Source: an uncultured Chloroflexia bacterium
Lineage (GTDB): Bacteria > Chloroflexota > Chloroflexia > QHBQ01 > JADMIH01
Assembly (NCBI GenBank): GCA_963797095.1
Contig: CAWCNY010000002.1
Span: 800,001-864,000 of the forward strand
DNA: 64,000 nt
Direction of reading: 5' to 3'
The stretch's first letter is position 1, and the number at the start of each line of letters is the position of its first letter. The position numbers and the translations under genes were made by a program. The notes beneath the pieces were generated by a model. The model had not been told where the DNA came from and searched no databases. It was given only the letters and a program-made list of their open reading frames with translations. Positions 1 through 10,684 of this stretch are shown piece after piece.

Positions 1-1
1 C

Positions 2-367
2 CTGTCGATTGAGTTGCAGGGTCTCTGCGGTTACACGGCCAATAGCCGTCAAGCCCACTATTTGTGTAAGGCCTGCACTCCACGCAAAGTGTTCCATCCA
101 TGCATGCGTTCTGGGATTATACAGAGGCGTTAGCACATCGGTAATTGGGCCATTTGCTGCTATCTTGTTGTATTTGGCATTGTTACACCCCTGGCAGGAG
201 AGTGCAAGATTGTCCAGAATGGTTTCACCTTCAAGGTTCTTCGGTATTATGTGTTCAGCCGAAAAAGGGTCAGGCGAAACGCTCATGGAGCTTAGGCAGT
301 ATTCACACAGCCCCTGTGCCCTGGCTACGACCACCCTTTTCTGCCGAGCCGTAACGCGTTCATTCAA
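2..367 (-). CDS. HNH endonuclease (3' end runs off the window)
   Basis: Not in the ORF track. Manual translation from TTG at 367: MNERVTARQKRVVVARAQGLCEYC...AEHIIP...DNLALSCQGCNNAK...LYNPR...WMEHFAW...GLTAIGRVT. It has the CxxC/HNH/CxxC pattern, and its start overlaps the stop of the upstream gene. Confidence 0.88.
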   Translation of the reverse strand, partial: MNERVTARQKRVVVARAQGLCEYCLSSMSVSPDPFSAEHIIPKNLEGETILDNLALSCQGCNNAKYNKIAANGPITDVLTPLYNPRTHAWMEHFAWSAGLTQIVGLTAIGRVTAETLQLNRQ

Positions 368-752
368 CGGGAGGTGGTACTATCCCCAGGGAAGCCATTA
401 CCTCATCCAACGACATATTGCGGATTTGCGCCAACTCTATGAGAGCTTCCAACCTCTCGACCTGATACTGTTCTGCCAATTCCGTCAACTTCAGTAACTC
501 TGTGTGTTCATCTTCTGTGAGGGAGTTTTGTCTTCTCCTTTTGATCAGTTCGCGATATCGCCGACGTACATCCGGCGCTAACCCTCCATTGATTGTGGCT
601 AACAATGCAGTCTCATCTACATCGAGGATGTGGGTCTTGCGATATGCTTGCACACTGTGCAGAGTGTTTATTAGTTTGTCCAGTTCCGCATCGCTAAGTT
701 GCTTAGCAGCCTCTACTAGAGCATGCGGTGTTATTTGCTTAGCAGTTGCCAT
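360..752 (-). CDS. Small helical protein coupled to the HNH gene (putative antitoxin/partner)
   Basis: ATG at 752 after a GGAGG RBS. Sequence ...RYRELIKRRRQNSLTEDEHTELLKL...ERLEALIELAQIR. The stop overlaps the HNH start. Confidence 0.7.
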   Translation of the reverse strand: MATAKQITPHALVEAAKQLSDAELDKLINTLHSVQAYRKTHILDVDETALLATINGGLAPDVRRRYRELIKRRRQNSLTEDEHTELLKLTELAEQYQVERLEALIELAQIRNMSLDEVMASLGIVPPPVE

Positions 753-849
753 AAATTTCCTCCACAGGCGTTGCATTTGCTACCTTAATACTAACATGCC
801 CTGACGGTGTGTTTGTGTAATTCGTAACCGCAATAGAAAGATCCGTACT

Positions 850-1536
850 CTAAGGTTTGTTGAAGTGCGCATCCTCCAACACGACATTTGCCTCCATCCT
901 CTCCCAGGTAAAGACCTCGTTGTGAGCGCCGTCCTTTGCCAGCTCTTGCGATTGGAACGGGAAAAGCACCCCTTCGACTTCTCTATAATCTCCATAAACA
1001 GTTTCGGTCATCAACTCATCGCCGCCATGGACGGGGCGCACAGCGCGTGTTCTTGTGACCAGCAGGGTTTCTGCGTCGAGGTAGTATTCCATCACGTTAC
1101 CGTCCGTGAGGATCACCGTGATCACGTGCTGCATGCGCCCTTCGATATCCTCCGCGCCTTTGTAGGTTGCCATGTGCCCCTTGTCCCGGTAGCCCACTAA
1201 AGGCCCATCGAACTCCGCCCCGCGCTGTAGGGCCAATGCAGGCGCGCCCGTGACATACTCGGCCTGCTTCATACCCTTCGAGGGGTTGAACTCCCAGGCC
1301 CGCGAACCATCCCAGCCTTCTTCACCTGTCACACCATTTACCGTGTACTTGATCCGAAGGAGGTTAGGCCGCATCCGCTCGCCTGAAATGAGCACCACGA
1401 AAGCCGGTGTCTCTACCCGCCCGCTCTGCGCGAGAGTGCGGATCGCCATGATCTTCTCCATACCTCCCCGCGCCTCGATATGGCGGGCGATCATGCAGTC
1501 AGCAACCTGGGTAGTGTCTTCTGAGGGGCCTGTCAC
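850..1536 (-). CDS. Hypothetical protein, LolA-like/lipoprotein-sorting-type fold
   Basis: 228 aa ORF with 'HIEARGG', 'YYLDAETLL' and 'YGDYREVEGVLFPF' motifs typical of that family. Start uncertain. Confidence 0.55.
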   Translation of the reverse strand: MTGPSEDTTQVADCMIARHIEARGGMEKIMAIRTLAQSGRVETPAFVVLISGERMRPNLLRIKYTVNGVTGEEGWDGSRAWEFNPSKGMKQAEYVTGAPALALQRGAEFDGPLVGYRDKGHMATYKGAEDIEGRMQHVITVILTDGNVMEYYLDAETLLVTRTRAVRPVHGGDELMTETVYGDYREVEGVLFPFQSQELAKDGAHNEVFTWERMEANVVLEDAHFNKP

Positions 1537-1563
1537 CGCTTCCGAACCGTGATGCTTGTTCTT

Positions 1564-1593
1564 TCTCTGTGCTCTCTGCGTCTCTATGGTGAA
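1564..1593. repeat. Short intergenic CTCTGTG/CTCTGCG-type repeat
   Basis: tctctgtgctctctgcgtctctatggtgaa, imperfect 9-nt periodicity. Confidence 0.35.
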
Positions 1594-1596
1594 ACC

Positions 1597-2772
1597 TTAC
1601 GCGTGTGCGTGGGCGACCGACTTCCTGGCCGCCTTCAATACCTCGCGTGCGATCACTAACCGCTGGATCTCCGACGTGCCCTCGCCGATCTCGGTGAGGC
1701 GTACATCTCTGTAGTATCGCTCGACGTGTGCTTCGGTGATGTACCCGAAACCACCGTGCACCTGGATCGCTTTGTGGCAGCACTCCTCGCCCACCTCGGA
1801 CGCGAACAGCTTCGCCATCGCGGCTTCCTTGGTGAACGGCTTCTTGTGGTCCTTAAGCCATGCAGCCTGGAGCACCATCAGCCTCGCCGCTTCCAGCTTG
1901 GTCGCCATGTCAGCCAGCATGAACTGCACCGCCTGGAAGTTGGAGATAGGCTGGTTGAACTGCTGCCTCTCGTTCGAGTAGCGCAACGCAGCCTCGAACG
2001 CGGCCTGCCCAAGCCCCACCGCCATCGCACCAATCGAGATGCGCCCGCCGTCCAATATCTCAAGGAACTGCCGGAACCCCAGCCCAGGCGTTCCCAGGAT
2101 CGCGTCGTCGCCCACTCGCACGTTCTCGAAGAACACAGGTGATGTGATCGAAGAGCGCAACCCCATCTTGTCCTCGTCCTTGCCGAACGACAGCCCCTCG
2201 GTGGGATTCTCTACAATGAAGCTTGTGATCCCCTTCGATCCCGAAGCGTGGGGGTCGGTCTTGGCCGTGATCACCATCACACCAGCGATGCGCCCTGAGG
2301 TCATATAGAGCTTGGAGCCATTGATCACCCATTCGCCGTCTTGCTTCACGCCTACGGTCTTTGTCCCGCCCGCGTCCGACCCGGCGTGTGGCTCGGTCAG
2401 CCCGAAGGCTCCGACCATATCTCCCTGCGCCAGCGGCATCAGGTACTTTCGCTTCTGCTCTTCGGTGCCGAACAATTGAAACGGTGCGCCTCCCAGCGAG
2501 GTGTGGGCCGCCAGCGTCAGCCCAAGCGAGCCATCGGCCCTCGATATCTCCTCGACGGCAATCGCGTAAGAGATAGTATCTCCTCCCGCGCCGCCGTATT
2601 CCTCAGAGAAAGGCACTCCCATCAGGCCCAATGCCGCCATCTTCTTGATCAGGTCATAAGGGAATTCGTGTGTCTTGTCGCGCTCCAGCGCGCCCGGAGC
2701 TACTTCTTTGTCGGCGAAATCGCGCACCGTGTCGCGGAATAGTCTGTGTTCCTGGGAAAGCTCAAAATCCAT
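1597..2772 (-). CDS. Acyl-CoA dehydrogenase
   Basis: Motifs FGLTEPHAGSD, W.INGSKLYMT, KMGLRSS, GRISIGA, QVHGGFGY, EIGEGTSEIQR; GAGG RBS. Confidence 0.95.
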   Translation of the reverse strand: MDFELSQEHRLFRDTVRDFADKEVAPGALERDKTHEFPYDLIKKMAALGLMGVPFSEEYGGAGGDTISYAIAVEEISRADGSLGLTLAAHTSLGGAPFQLFGTEEQKRKYLMPLAQGDMVGAFGLTEPHAGSDAGGTKTVGVKQDGEWVINGSKLYMTSGRIAGVMVITAKTDPHASGSKGITSFIVENPTEGLSFGKDEDKMGLRSSITSPVFFENVRVGDDAILGTPGLGFRQFLEILDGGRISIGAMAVGLGQAAFEAALRYSNERQQFNQPISNFQAVQFMLADMATKLEAARLMVLQAAWLKDHKKPFTKEAAMAKLFASEVGEECCHKAIQVHGGFGYITEAHVERYYRDVRLTEIGEGTSEIQRLVIAREVLKAARKSVAHAHA

Positions 2773-2907
2773 GCAGCGAAAGCCTCCTCATTGAGGTCAT
2801 TGGTAGGATGCTCGCCCTCATAATCACATTTTCCGATCATTACTTCCTGAGGGCCAATCATCCGATTATAGCACAGGGGCATAGCCTTGTCGAAACTGCC
2901 GCGCTGA

Positions 2908-4393
2908 GTAAATGTCCAGAGTTGCGGTGGGGCAATTTCCACGATATTGTATGAGGCATGAGCTGGGAAGAAGAAGTAATGGCTTTGCGGGCTGAAGTAG
3001 TCATCCTCAAAGAGCAGCTTGCCCAAGCATTGGCTGCGAACAGCCAGTTGCAGGCACAACTAGACAAGTACCGAAGCGAACCACCCTCTTTCGTCAAGCC
3101 CAACACTGCCAAGTCCAAAGACCAGGCTAACTCCGAGAAGAAACCACGCCGCAAACGAGCCAAAGACCAAAATGGTGCCAGGCGTAGAGAGCAAACGCCT
3201 ACCCAAACGGTGCAGCACCACATAGAGATGTGCCCTGACTGTGGATATGGACTAAGCCAGCCCCAACTGGCCTCCGGCTCCAGACGCCAGGTGATAGAAC
3301 TCCCTCCTCCCCTTCCTGTAGAAGTCACCGAGCACCAGTTGTTCAAGAGTTGGTGCGCCCGATGCTCCAAATGGCATTATCCTCCACTCGATTTGAGCGC
3401 TCAGGGGGAGGTGATTGGACAAAGCAGAATGGGGATACGCATCGCCTCCCTGATAGCTTACTTACGCACCACCCTGAGAATGCCGGTGCGTCTGATTAGA
3501 GAATACCTGCACATCGTGCACAACTTGCTCATCTCTACAGGTGAGGTTGCGGACCTGCTGCACCGAGTGGCCGAGGCAGAGAAGGTGAGAAAAGCAGCAC
3601 AAGATATCAAAGAGGAGGTAAGACAGAGCAGTGTGGTGCATGGGGACGAGACAGGGTGGCGAGAAGGTGGGCAGAATGGCTATATCTGGTGCTTCTGCAC
3701 GCCCCATGGTGAGCGATACTACGAGTACGACAAGAGCCGGGGAGGAGCAGTGGCCAGGCGTATCCTCGGCTCACAGTTCAAGGGTACACTGGTCACCGAC
3801 TTCTACGCGGCACACAATGAATTCCCAGGAGAACACCAACGATGCTGGGTGCATCTGCTGAGGGACTTACACGAGTTGAAGGAAGAGCACAAAGGGAATG
3901 AAGAAGTGGTGGAGTGGGCCAAAGGGGTGCGGGTTCTGTATGACACAGCCCAAGAGTGCCTGCGAGCTGAACAGTGCGAACAGGGTGAACACGGTCCACC
4001 TTCTGCGGTAGAGAGAGAAGTGTTGTACATTGAGCTAATGGAGGGTGTGAGAGAGTTGGGAGGCAAGTACGCCTCAGCCAAGCCTCACAAGGAGCACCCA
4101 TGTCATGCTCTGTGCAAGAGGTTGCTTCGCCACCAGGACGAGCTATTCCGCTTCGTACTACAAAGTGGCCTCTCGGCGGACAACAACCTGGCGGAGAGGA
4201 GTGTGCGGGCGGTGGTGGTGATGCGCAAGGTGTCGGGAGGGTCGCAATCAGCAAGGGGGAGTGCCACACGCATGAGGCTGGCTACATTGTTCGGCACCTG
4301 GCGAGCTAAGGGTCTCAACCCCTTCTTTGAGTGTTTCACCCTTCTCTCTCAACCCCAACCCCAGCCCCTCACACCCTAAATCTGAACGCTATC
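2908..4393 (+). mobile_element. IS66-family element (single-ORF type)
   Basis: 8-bp direct repeat CGCGCTGA at 2900-2907 and 4394-4401. Imperfect terminal IRs (GTAAATGTCCAGA / GATAGCGTTCAGA). Confidence 0.88.
2958..4379 (+). CDS. IS66 transposase (TnpC type)
   Basis: N-terminal coiled coil, CxxC zinc finger, and motifs HGDETGW, LVTDFYAAH, QRCWVHLLR, DNNLAERSVR. Confidence 0.95.
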   Translation: MSWEEEVMALRAEVVILKEQLAQALAANSQLQAQLDKYRSEPPSFVKPNTAKSKDQANSEKKPRRKRAKDQNGARRREQTPTQTVQHHIEMCPDCGYGLSQPQLASGSRRQVIELPPPLPVEVTEHQLFKSWCARCSKWHYPPLDLSAQGEVIGQSRMGIRIASLIAYLRTTLRMPVRLIREYLHIVHNLLISTGEVADLLHRVAEAEKVRKAAQDIKEEVRQSSVVHGDETGWREGGQNGYIWCFCTPHGERYYEYDKSRGGAVARRILGSQFKGTLVTDFYAAHNEFPGEHQRCWVHLLRDLHELKEEHKGNEEVVEWAKGVRVLYDTAQECLRAEQCEQGEHGPPSAVEREVLYIELMEGVRELGGKYASAKPHKEHPCHALCKRLLRHQDELFRFVLQSGLSADNNLAERSVRAVVVMRKVSGGSQSARGSATRMRLATLFGTWRAKGLNPFFECFTLLSQPQPQPLTP

Positions 4394-4496
4394 CGCGCTG
4401 ATCAAACATACGATGAACGGCGAGCAACTGGCCGTAGCTCGGCAGGTTATCCGCCACACAGGCGCACGCACTATTGAGCAGCGCGACCTTTAGCTC

Positions 4497-5222
4497 TTAT
4501 ATCAACAGGTCGTCCGCGTTATGCCACTCGTGCCTGATATTCCGCATAATCAATGCGTGGTCGAATTGCACGCTCCCTCGCGGGAACTTGCTCTTATCTA
4601 GGAAATAGCTCGATCGCACGTGGCTCACTTGGAGTGGTTCCACCTTCCATTCCGTCGTTTTCAGGCGCAGGCCATCCAGCCTGCCCCTGTCTCTCGTCAG
4701 CGAATAACCGAGCGAGCCGCATTCGAAGAAAGCTGATGATGCCTCCAAAGATGGGAAGATAGAAGTAATAGGTAGAGTGCGTGCGACCTCGCTATCTACT
4801 TCCACCGCCACCTCTCTATCAATTGAGCGCATTGCTAGAGATATTCCATCTCCCCATTCGCGCACTCGGAAGGCAGCCCGGTGATGCTCACCTGGAAAAG
4901 CACGACCACCCAGTAGCAAATTCACAGGAGAATTGGTATCCCTACGTGGGATGAAGACTCCTTCATGTGTTTTACCGTCCTCATCGTCCCATAGCATCGC
5001 GATCCTGTGTGCCGCGTTTTCGCTACTGAGCCCGATAAACTCCGGTGTCATTTTGGGCCGCAAGTGCTCAAGCCTGATCAAGCAAATACCTACTACTGCA
5101 TGTCCATTCTGCAATTTTGGCCTGAACCGTGCTGGTAGCTGATCTTGCACTACCTTCGGATCGGCCCGGAAATTCACCAGTACACGGCGCCTGATGACAC
5201 CTTGAATAGTTGGTAGTCTCAT
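4497..5222 (-). CDS. DUF2071-like protein
   Basis: 241 aa; motifs RRVLVNFRADP, GICLIRL, SENAAHRIA, FFECGSLGYS. Confidence 0.7.
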   Translation of the reverse strand: MRLPTIQGVIRRRVLVNFRADPKVVQDQLPARFRPKLQNGHAVVGICLIRLEHLRPKMTPEFIGLSSENAAHRIAMLWDDEDGKTHEGVFIPRRDTNSPVNLLLGGRAFPGEHHRAAFRVREWGDGISLAMRSIDREVAVEVDSEVARTLPITSIFPSLEASSAFFECGSLGYSLTRDRGRLDGLRLKTTEWKVEPLQVSHVRSSYFLDKSKFPRGSVQFDHALIMRNIRHEWHNADDLLI

Positions 5223-5286
5223 CGCGATATCTCACAATCTGGCGCAAAGGCCCTCGAAGTCATCCTGTATAACCTATTATACAAAG

Positions 5287-5317
5287 GAAGAGGCCCGCGA
5301 TTGACGCAGACCTCTTC
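5287..5317 (-). terminator. Intrinsic terminator after the giant acidic gene
   Basis: Minus-strand stem GAAGAGGUCUGCG/CGCGGGCCUCUUC (13 bp with GU pairs), followed by CUUU. Confidence 0.6.
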
Positions 5318-5344
5318 ACTAAATGACAACACAACCGACACTAA

Positions 5345-8300
5345 CTAGCGTATCTTATTGAAAGCCTCGATAGCCTCTTTGTGCCTGCCCATCTTCAGGA
5401 GAAGATCCCCTACTACCTGGTAGTACCGCGGCAGGTGCTTTGCCACCTCTTCAAAGTCGGCCAGGTCATCGCCGATAATGCTGAGCATAGTTTGTGAGGT
5501 GGTGCGCTTCCTTATGATTCTGCGGTATATGCGTAGGGCTGTATCGAAGTCCTCCGCCTGCACATAGGCAGAAGCCATCGCCATCTGGGCGCCTATGTTA
5601 TCCATATCCTGCCCACCCCACTCGCCCATATCCTCAAAGCCTTCGAGCGAAGGTAGAGGGCCGCTGGTCATCAACCCTCCATGTGAAGGAACCTTCGCAG
5701 CCCCTTCAGAATGTGGCACATGACTCGCAACCGGAACAGGCGTCTGCGTTACCCGGCCTTCGTTCCCCCTTCCGATGGTGCTACCTTGCATATCCTCACC
5801 CCCTTGCACTTGATCAGCTTTGGCGTTTGCGGTGTCGTAGTCGTATTCCCTCATATCGAATACGGCAGGCGTTTCCACCTCCTGTGGAACTGCTTCGGGC
5901 ACAGGTTGAGCTTTGGGTTGTTCGGCGCTTGGCTTCCCCTCTTGCTCCTCGGCAAAGGCCGCCCAGAGGCTGCGCGCCACTCGCGCTTTCACTTCCGGCT
6001 GTTCCACGGGCTGCTCAGGTTCACTTTCTACCGGTGCCGGCGCAGCCATTTCCCATATCTCCAGAGGTATCTCTGCCTGCTCTGCCATAGCCATTGGTGC
6101 GTACTCCTGATCGGGTTGCATGGCTTCAATCTCAGCTTCGTGCTCATAGATAAGGTAGCCTGTTGGCCTGTTGTCCTCTTCCAGCACGGCTTCTGCTAAC
6201 GACTCCACTGCCTCGTCAGAAGCAGGAGTGTCCGCCATCATAGCTTCTGCATTTTCCTTAGGTGCCTCAGGTGCCTTAGGTGTAGATACGCTCACAAAGA
6301 GTGAGGTATCCCCATCGGCTTCGCTCCAAACGTCATTCAGCGGCCTGGAACGCAGCATAATATCGTTTTCGTCGGGCACCGCCAGCTTGCCTGTGCCGTA
6401 ACTCCTCTGCATCTGATCTGCTTCCAGGTGCCCTGTGTGAGGCTCCTCTGTTTCCAGGTCAAGCTGGGCATAGTCGAAGGGTGCAACGTCCATACCGTCG
6501 ATTGCCAGGTCTATCTCGGTCGCCGGGCTGCTAACCTCGTCGACCATATCGTCCAAACTGGTATCAGTCAGATTGGTAGTAGCGCTCGCCATCCAACCGC
6601 GTGTTACGTGTGTATCCTTGATTGGAGCGGTATGCCTGGTCTCTTTCACTTCCGGCGATGCTGCCTCCCGCACAGCAGGCTCAACCTCCATAACCGGGGT
6701 TTCTGCCTCCATCACAGCAGGCTCAACCTCCATGACCGGGGCTACCGCTTCCATAACGGCGGGCTCGATCTCATCAGCGTAACCGGCTTCTTCACTCTGT
6801 TGTGCTACTTCCTCCATGCCATAGTCGCTCTCGGAAACCTCGGAAACCTCGGAAACCTCAACGGCATCAACAGGCTCAGGCTCCATGGCAGGCATTTCCA
6901 CAGGCATAGCAGGCTCAGGCTCCATGGCAGGCATTTCCACAGGCATAGCAGGCTCAGGCTCAATACTCAGCATATCCATACCTGTCACAGTCTCCATCTC
7001 CAGATCAGCCCCATGGGAAGCTACTTCCCACTCCTGTGGCTGCTCTTCCTCGGCCTGGACAACGGCTGCATCTTCTACATCCTCGTGAGATAGAATACCG
7101 GACGACATGACAACCTCTGTCTCCATATCGCCCATTACCGGCTCGTCGTAGATCATATTCGGCCCGGATTCCGGCTCAGGCTCAGGCTGGCCGCCCAGCA
7201 GGTCGGCTACAGCAGCCAGGTTCATCGTGATCGTCATCGGGTCGTGATCGTCTGGCATCAGACCGATCAACTCATCGGTATTGAAGCCCAGCGATTCCTC
7301 GACTTCATTGGCTGGTAGCAAAGAGAAATCGAACGGTTCGATTGGCGGCAACTGGCCGAAGTCTTCATCCGCATTCTCGTTGGACGCCTGCCCAGAGGCT
7401 GCGCCTGCATACTCAGAGGGCATGGGACGCGGCTCATTCAAGAACTCCTTTGTGCCCCAACCTCTCTGCGCTATATCCTGTATAAGCATCCCGGTTGGCG
7501 CTTCGTTTGCCGCTCCTTGTAGCCAGAACGGCAAATCTCCTGTGTTGTTGGCAACGTTTTGATCGGTCGGATCGGTCGCCTGCATCCCAATCGGGTCCCT
7601 CATCTCGGCGATAATTGACGCATCCAGGTCCTCGTAATCGCCCATTTCCTCGCTCCCGGCCACGGCTGCCTCGACATAAGGCGTAGGATCGAAAGCAGGT
7701 CCCATATCATTCTGGAGTTGGGCGATCTCTTCGGGGTTCGGAGCGGGTAGCGCCGACAATGGCGTGGCCGCACCCTGGTTGAACATGAAGCCCTCGAACT
7801 CTATTTCATCGCCCGTCAGATTGCCGCCCACGATCACCGGGTTCACACTCTTCAGAGCTTCGACTACCTCCGGATCGAGGTTGCTCGGTTCGTCTTGAGT
7901 CGTCTTTTGCCTGGTTGCTTCCAATTCAGCGATAGCTGCGCCCGCCGTCGCGGTGGTTGTGGTGGCCGTGGTGTCGGTAGCCTGTGGCGCTTCGCTCGTG
8001 GAAGCAGCCATCACGGGAGTTTCCTCCGCAGTTGGGGCTTCGGCCCCGGTCGCCTCATTTACATTTACTACAGGTTCCTGGACCTCATGTGCTCGGGCAG
8101 GACTGGCAGGCAGGTCCGGCTCCCACTGTCCCGCGAATTGCCCGGTGACCCATGAGAAATCTGGCCCCTGCTCAACTGCGGTTTCCTGTTCAACAGCCGG
8201 AGGAGCGCTCTCCTGCGCCATATGCGGCGCGTTATCGCCTGACCCCATTGTTCCGCCATCGACGGTCATTTCAGGGGTGTGGGCCTCTGCATGCTCGGCT

Positions 8301-9361
8301 ACATCCTGCATCGTGGTATCAGTAGCATTGGCCGTCGCTTGCGCTGCGTGCATTGCCCACTCAGGCATATCCATTACATCTGACATATCGGCGGTCGAAG
8401 AGATAGACGCGATCTGCGGCTCAGTTGATGGTGCAATATCATGTGACTGCTCGGTCTCAACATGGGCAGGTGCTTCCAGCGTAGCGATGGCAGCAGTTTG
8501 CGAGAGCATAGTCTCGTTCAAGGGGGTTGATTGTCTCAGCTTCTTCCCCGCTTGCATTGCGATCAGGATCGAGCTGAAATCTTCGATGGAAGCCAGCGAG
8601 CTATCGCTCCAGGAGGAATTGGGCGCGGCCACCCTGTCAGGAGGTAGTGGCCCCAACGGCCCGGTATTTCCTCTCGTGCGGCCCAGGCTTGTCACGGGAG
8701 AGGTGGCGGGAAGCGCGGTGGGCACGCTAGGAGACACCGCTACCGAAAGGGGACCGGTGGGTGTGCGTCCCGTCATTTGCTCGCTGCTGTCCAACGCCAT
8801 GGAAGGATCGTTTGCGGCGAGTGGTTAAATCGGCCCTGTAGGCAGCACAAGACCGGAGGTCGTTGCGTCGCCGCCTGTGTATGTTGTAGGCTGATCCTCA
8901 TTGACCCAGTGGGAAGGCTCAAGTGACTCGGTGGATTCAGACTGGCTGTCGGCCAGGTAGAAGGGTAGAGGTACGTCATCGCCTATGATATCAGCGTCTT
9001 CTGTCCGGGTATTGCTGGGTGCTCGTCCTTCTGTGGCGTTTGCACCAGGCTTCCCGCCTGGAATGGAGAATGGTTCGAAGCTGAATCCTGCCGGGGTGGC
9101 ATCCGTGCTTGCACCATTAGCGGGCAGTTGTTCTACTGCGCCCTGGTCAAACATGAACGGCTCGAACTCCATTTCAGCATCGCCAAACTGGCCCAAAGGC
9201 ATGTTGGGAAGGCCCGAATCCGAGGTTGTCCCTTTCTCTTTATTGCCAGCCTCCGGTCGCTCGGAGTCGAACATGAAAGGCGCGACTTCCACCTCTTCGT
9301 CTTTTACGCGGTTTGCCCGCGCCTCCTTGCTACCTGAGCCTTTGCTTCTCTGTTTCGCCAT
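5345..9361 (-). CDS. Giant acidic low-complexity protein with C-terminal TPR; one in-frame TAA at 8825-8827 (split gene or pseudogene)
   Basis: ORFs 8825-9379 and 5345-8800 are in the same frame (GPI*PLAANDPSMALD), are both E/A/P/D-rich and share PF/PFxF motifs. TPR-like helices at the C-terminus. Confidence 0.7.
6660..6965 (-). repeat. Intragenic tandem repeats (36-, 9- and 33-bp units)
   Basis: They encode EPAVMEAxxPVMEV, VSE x3 and EPEPAMPVEMPAM x2. Confidence 0.8.
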
Positions 9362-9418
9362 GAGTACCCCCTTATCCATTTTGGATTGCGTTATTAATCT
9401 GACATCCGCAATCCAAAA

Positions 9419-10684
9419 TCACGAGTCTCCCACTCCGGCCTGGGTTTCGCCGAGTGATGCATTTAGTCTGTCGTAATATTTGAGGAGCGTTGCTATCCGC
9501 TCCGGTGTGGTGTTCTTGTCTTCCAGGTATATCTCTAACACCTGGCGTGGGTTCATCTGCTCGACCACGTGGTCTCCCAGCCTCATTCTATGTGAACGTG
9601 CCGAGTTGGTCACCACCGAGCCGAACGACGGTTCTTTCGCGTTCAAGGCGCGTCTGATCTCGTCCTGGCGCAGGTCTCGTAGGTATTCGGGTGTGGTCTC
9701 TATTACAAGACGCACCACCGAATCTTTGATCTCGTCTTCGTGCTCTTCTATCCTTCTGAGCGCTTCCTCTGTGGGGAAGTCCCCTGCCGCGTTTACTTTA
9801 ATAGTAAGGAAGCGGCGGGCGGGTACTTCGTGGAATTCGTGCCTGACGGTGCGCACCCCATCAGGCCCAGGCTCTCCTATCTCCACAGAGACAAAGCCCT
9901 TTTTGTCGTTCTGTTCGCCGAAGTCTATCCTCTCCAGCGAGCCGGGATATACGATAGGTGGCTTGCCTTCGGAGAGCACTTGATACTTGTGGATGTGGCC
10001 CATAGCCACGTAGTCGAATCGCGGGTTGGCTACCACCGACTTGGGCAATATTATGTCCTGCCCAAGCATGATATCCCGCTCGCTGGAGAAGACCGCTCCC
10101 TGCACCGAAGCATGAGCCGCCAGGATCGCGGGCATCGATGGGTCGAGCTCCTCCGCCGAAGTATCTATGAAACCTTCCACCATTGTGAGCAATTCACTGT
10201 TCAACTCGTCCGGCGTAAGGTTGCGCATATCGATTTGGCTGAGCAAATACGAGCGCGACAGCCACGGCAAGGCCACGATCTGCACCTTGCCTGCTTTCGT
10301 ATCAATAGTATGAATGCCCGGCTTCTGGGCTACGGTCACATTTGGTACGGCCAGAGTCGAATAGATCTCCACTGTGTTGGCACGCTGCAAAGCGTTGGGC
10401 ACATCGTGGTTGCCTACCAATATAAATGTAGGCATGTTTGCCGACGATAGCTTGTGAATGCACTTGGCGAATTCGCGCTGCACTGTGGGGGTGGGATCGC
10501 GGTTCTTGAAAATATCTCCCGCGATCAATACCATATCAACGTCGTTATCCAGCGCCCAATCGAGCGCCATATTAAGCGTCTTGAGGAAGTCACCAAGGCG
10601 CGTCGACAGACCCTTGACAGGGTCCACCCTGCCATAGTTCTCCATACCCAGGTGTATATCAGCTAAATGTAAGATGCGTAGCAT
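9419..10684 (-). CDS. sbcD: SbcD/Mre11 nuclease subunit
   Basis: Metallophosphoesterase motifs HLADIHLG, IAGDIF, VGNHD, AMGHIH and YPGSLERIDFGE. Confidence 0.93.
   Translation of the reverse strand: MLRILHLADIHLGMENYGRVDPVKGLSTRLGDFLKTLNMALDWALDNDVDMVLIAGDIFKNRDPTPTVQREFAKCIHKLSSANMPTFILVGNHDVPNALQRANTVEIYSTLAVPNVTVAQKPGIHTIDTKAGKVQIVALPWLSRSYLLSQIDMRNLTPDELNSELLTMVEGFIDTSAEELDPSMPAILAAHASVQGAVFSSERDIMLGQDIILPKSVVANPRFDYVAMGHIHKYQVLSEGKPPIVYPGSLERIDFGEQNDKKGFVSVEIGEPGPDGVRTVRHEFHEVPARRFLTIKVNAAGDFPTEEALRRIEEHEDEIKDSVVRLVIETTPEYLRDLRQDEIRRALNAKEPSFGSVVTNSARSHRMRLGDHVVEQMNPRQVLEIYLEDKNTTPERIATLLKYYDRLNASLGETQAGVGDS

Noticed and set aside
9-497. 162-aa plus-strand ORF
   Set aside because: Antisense to the HNH and partner genes, which have clear motifs.
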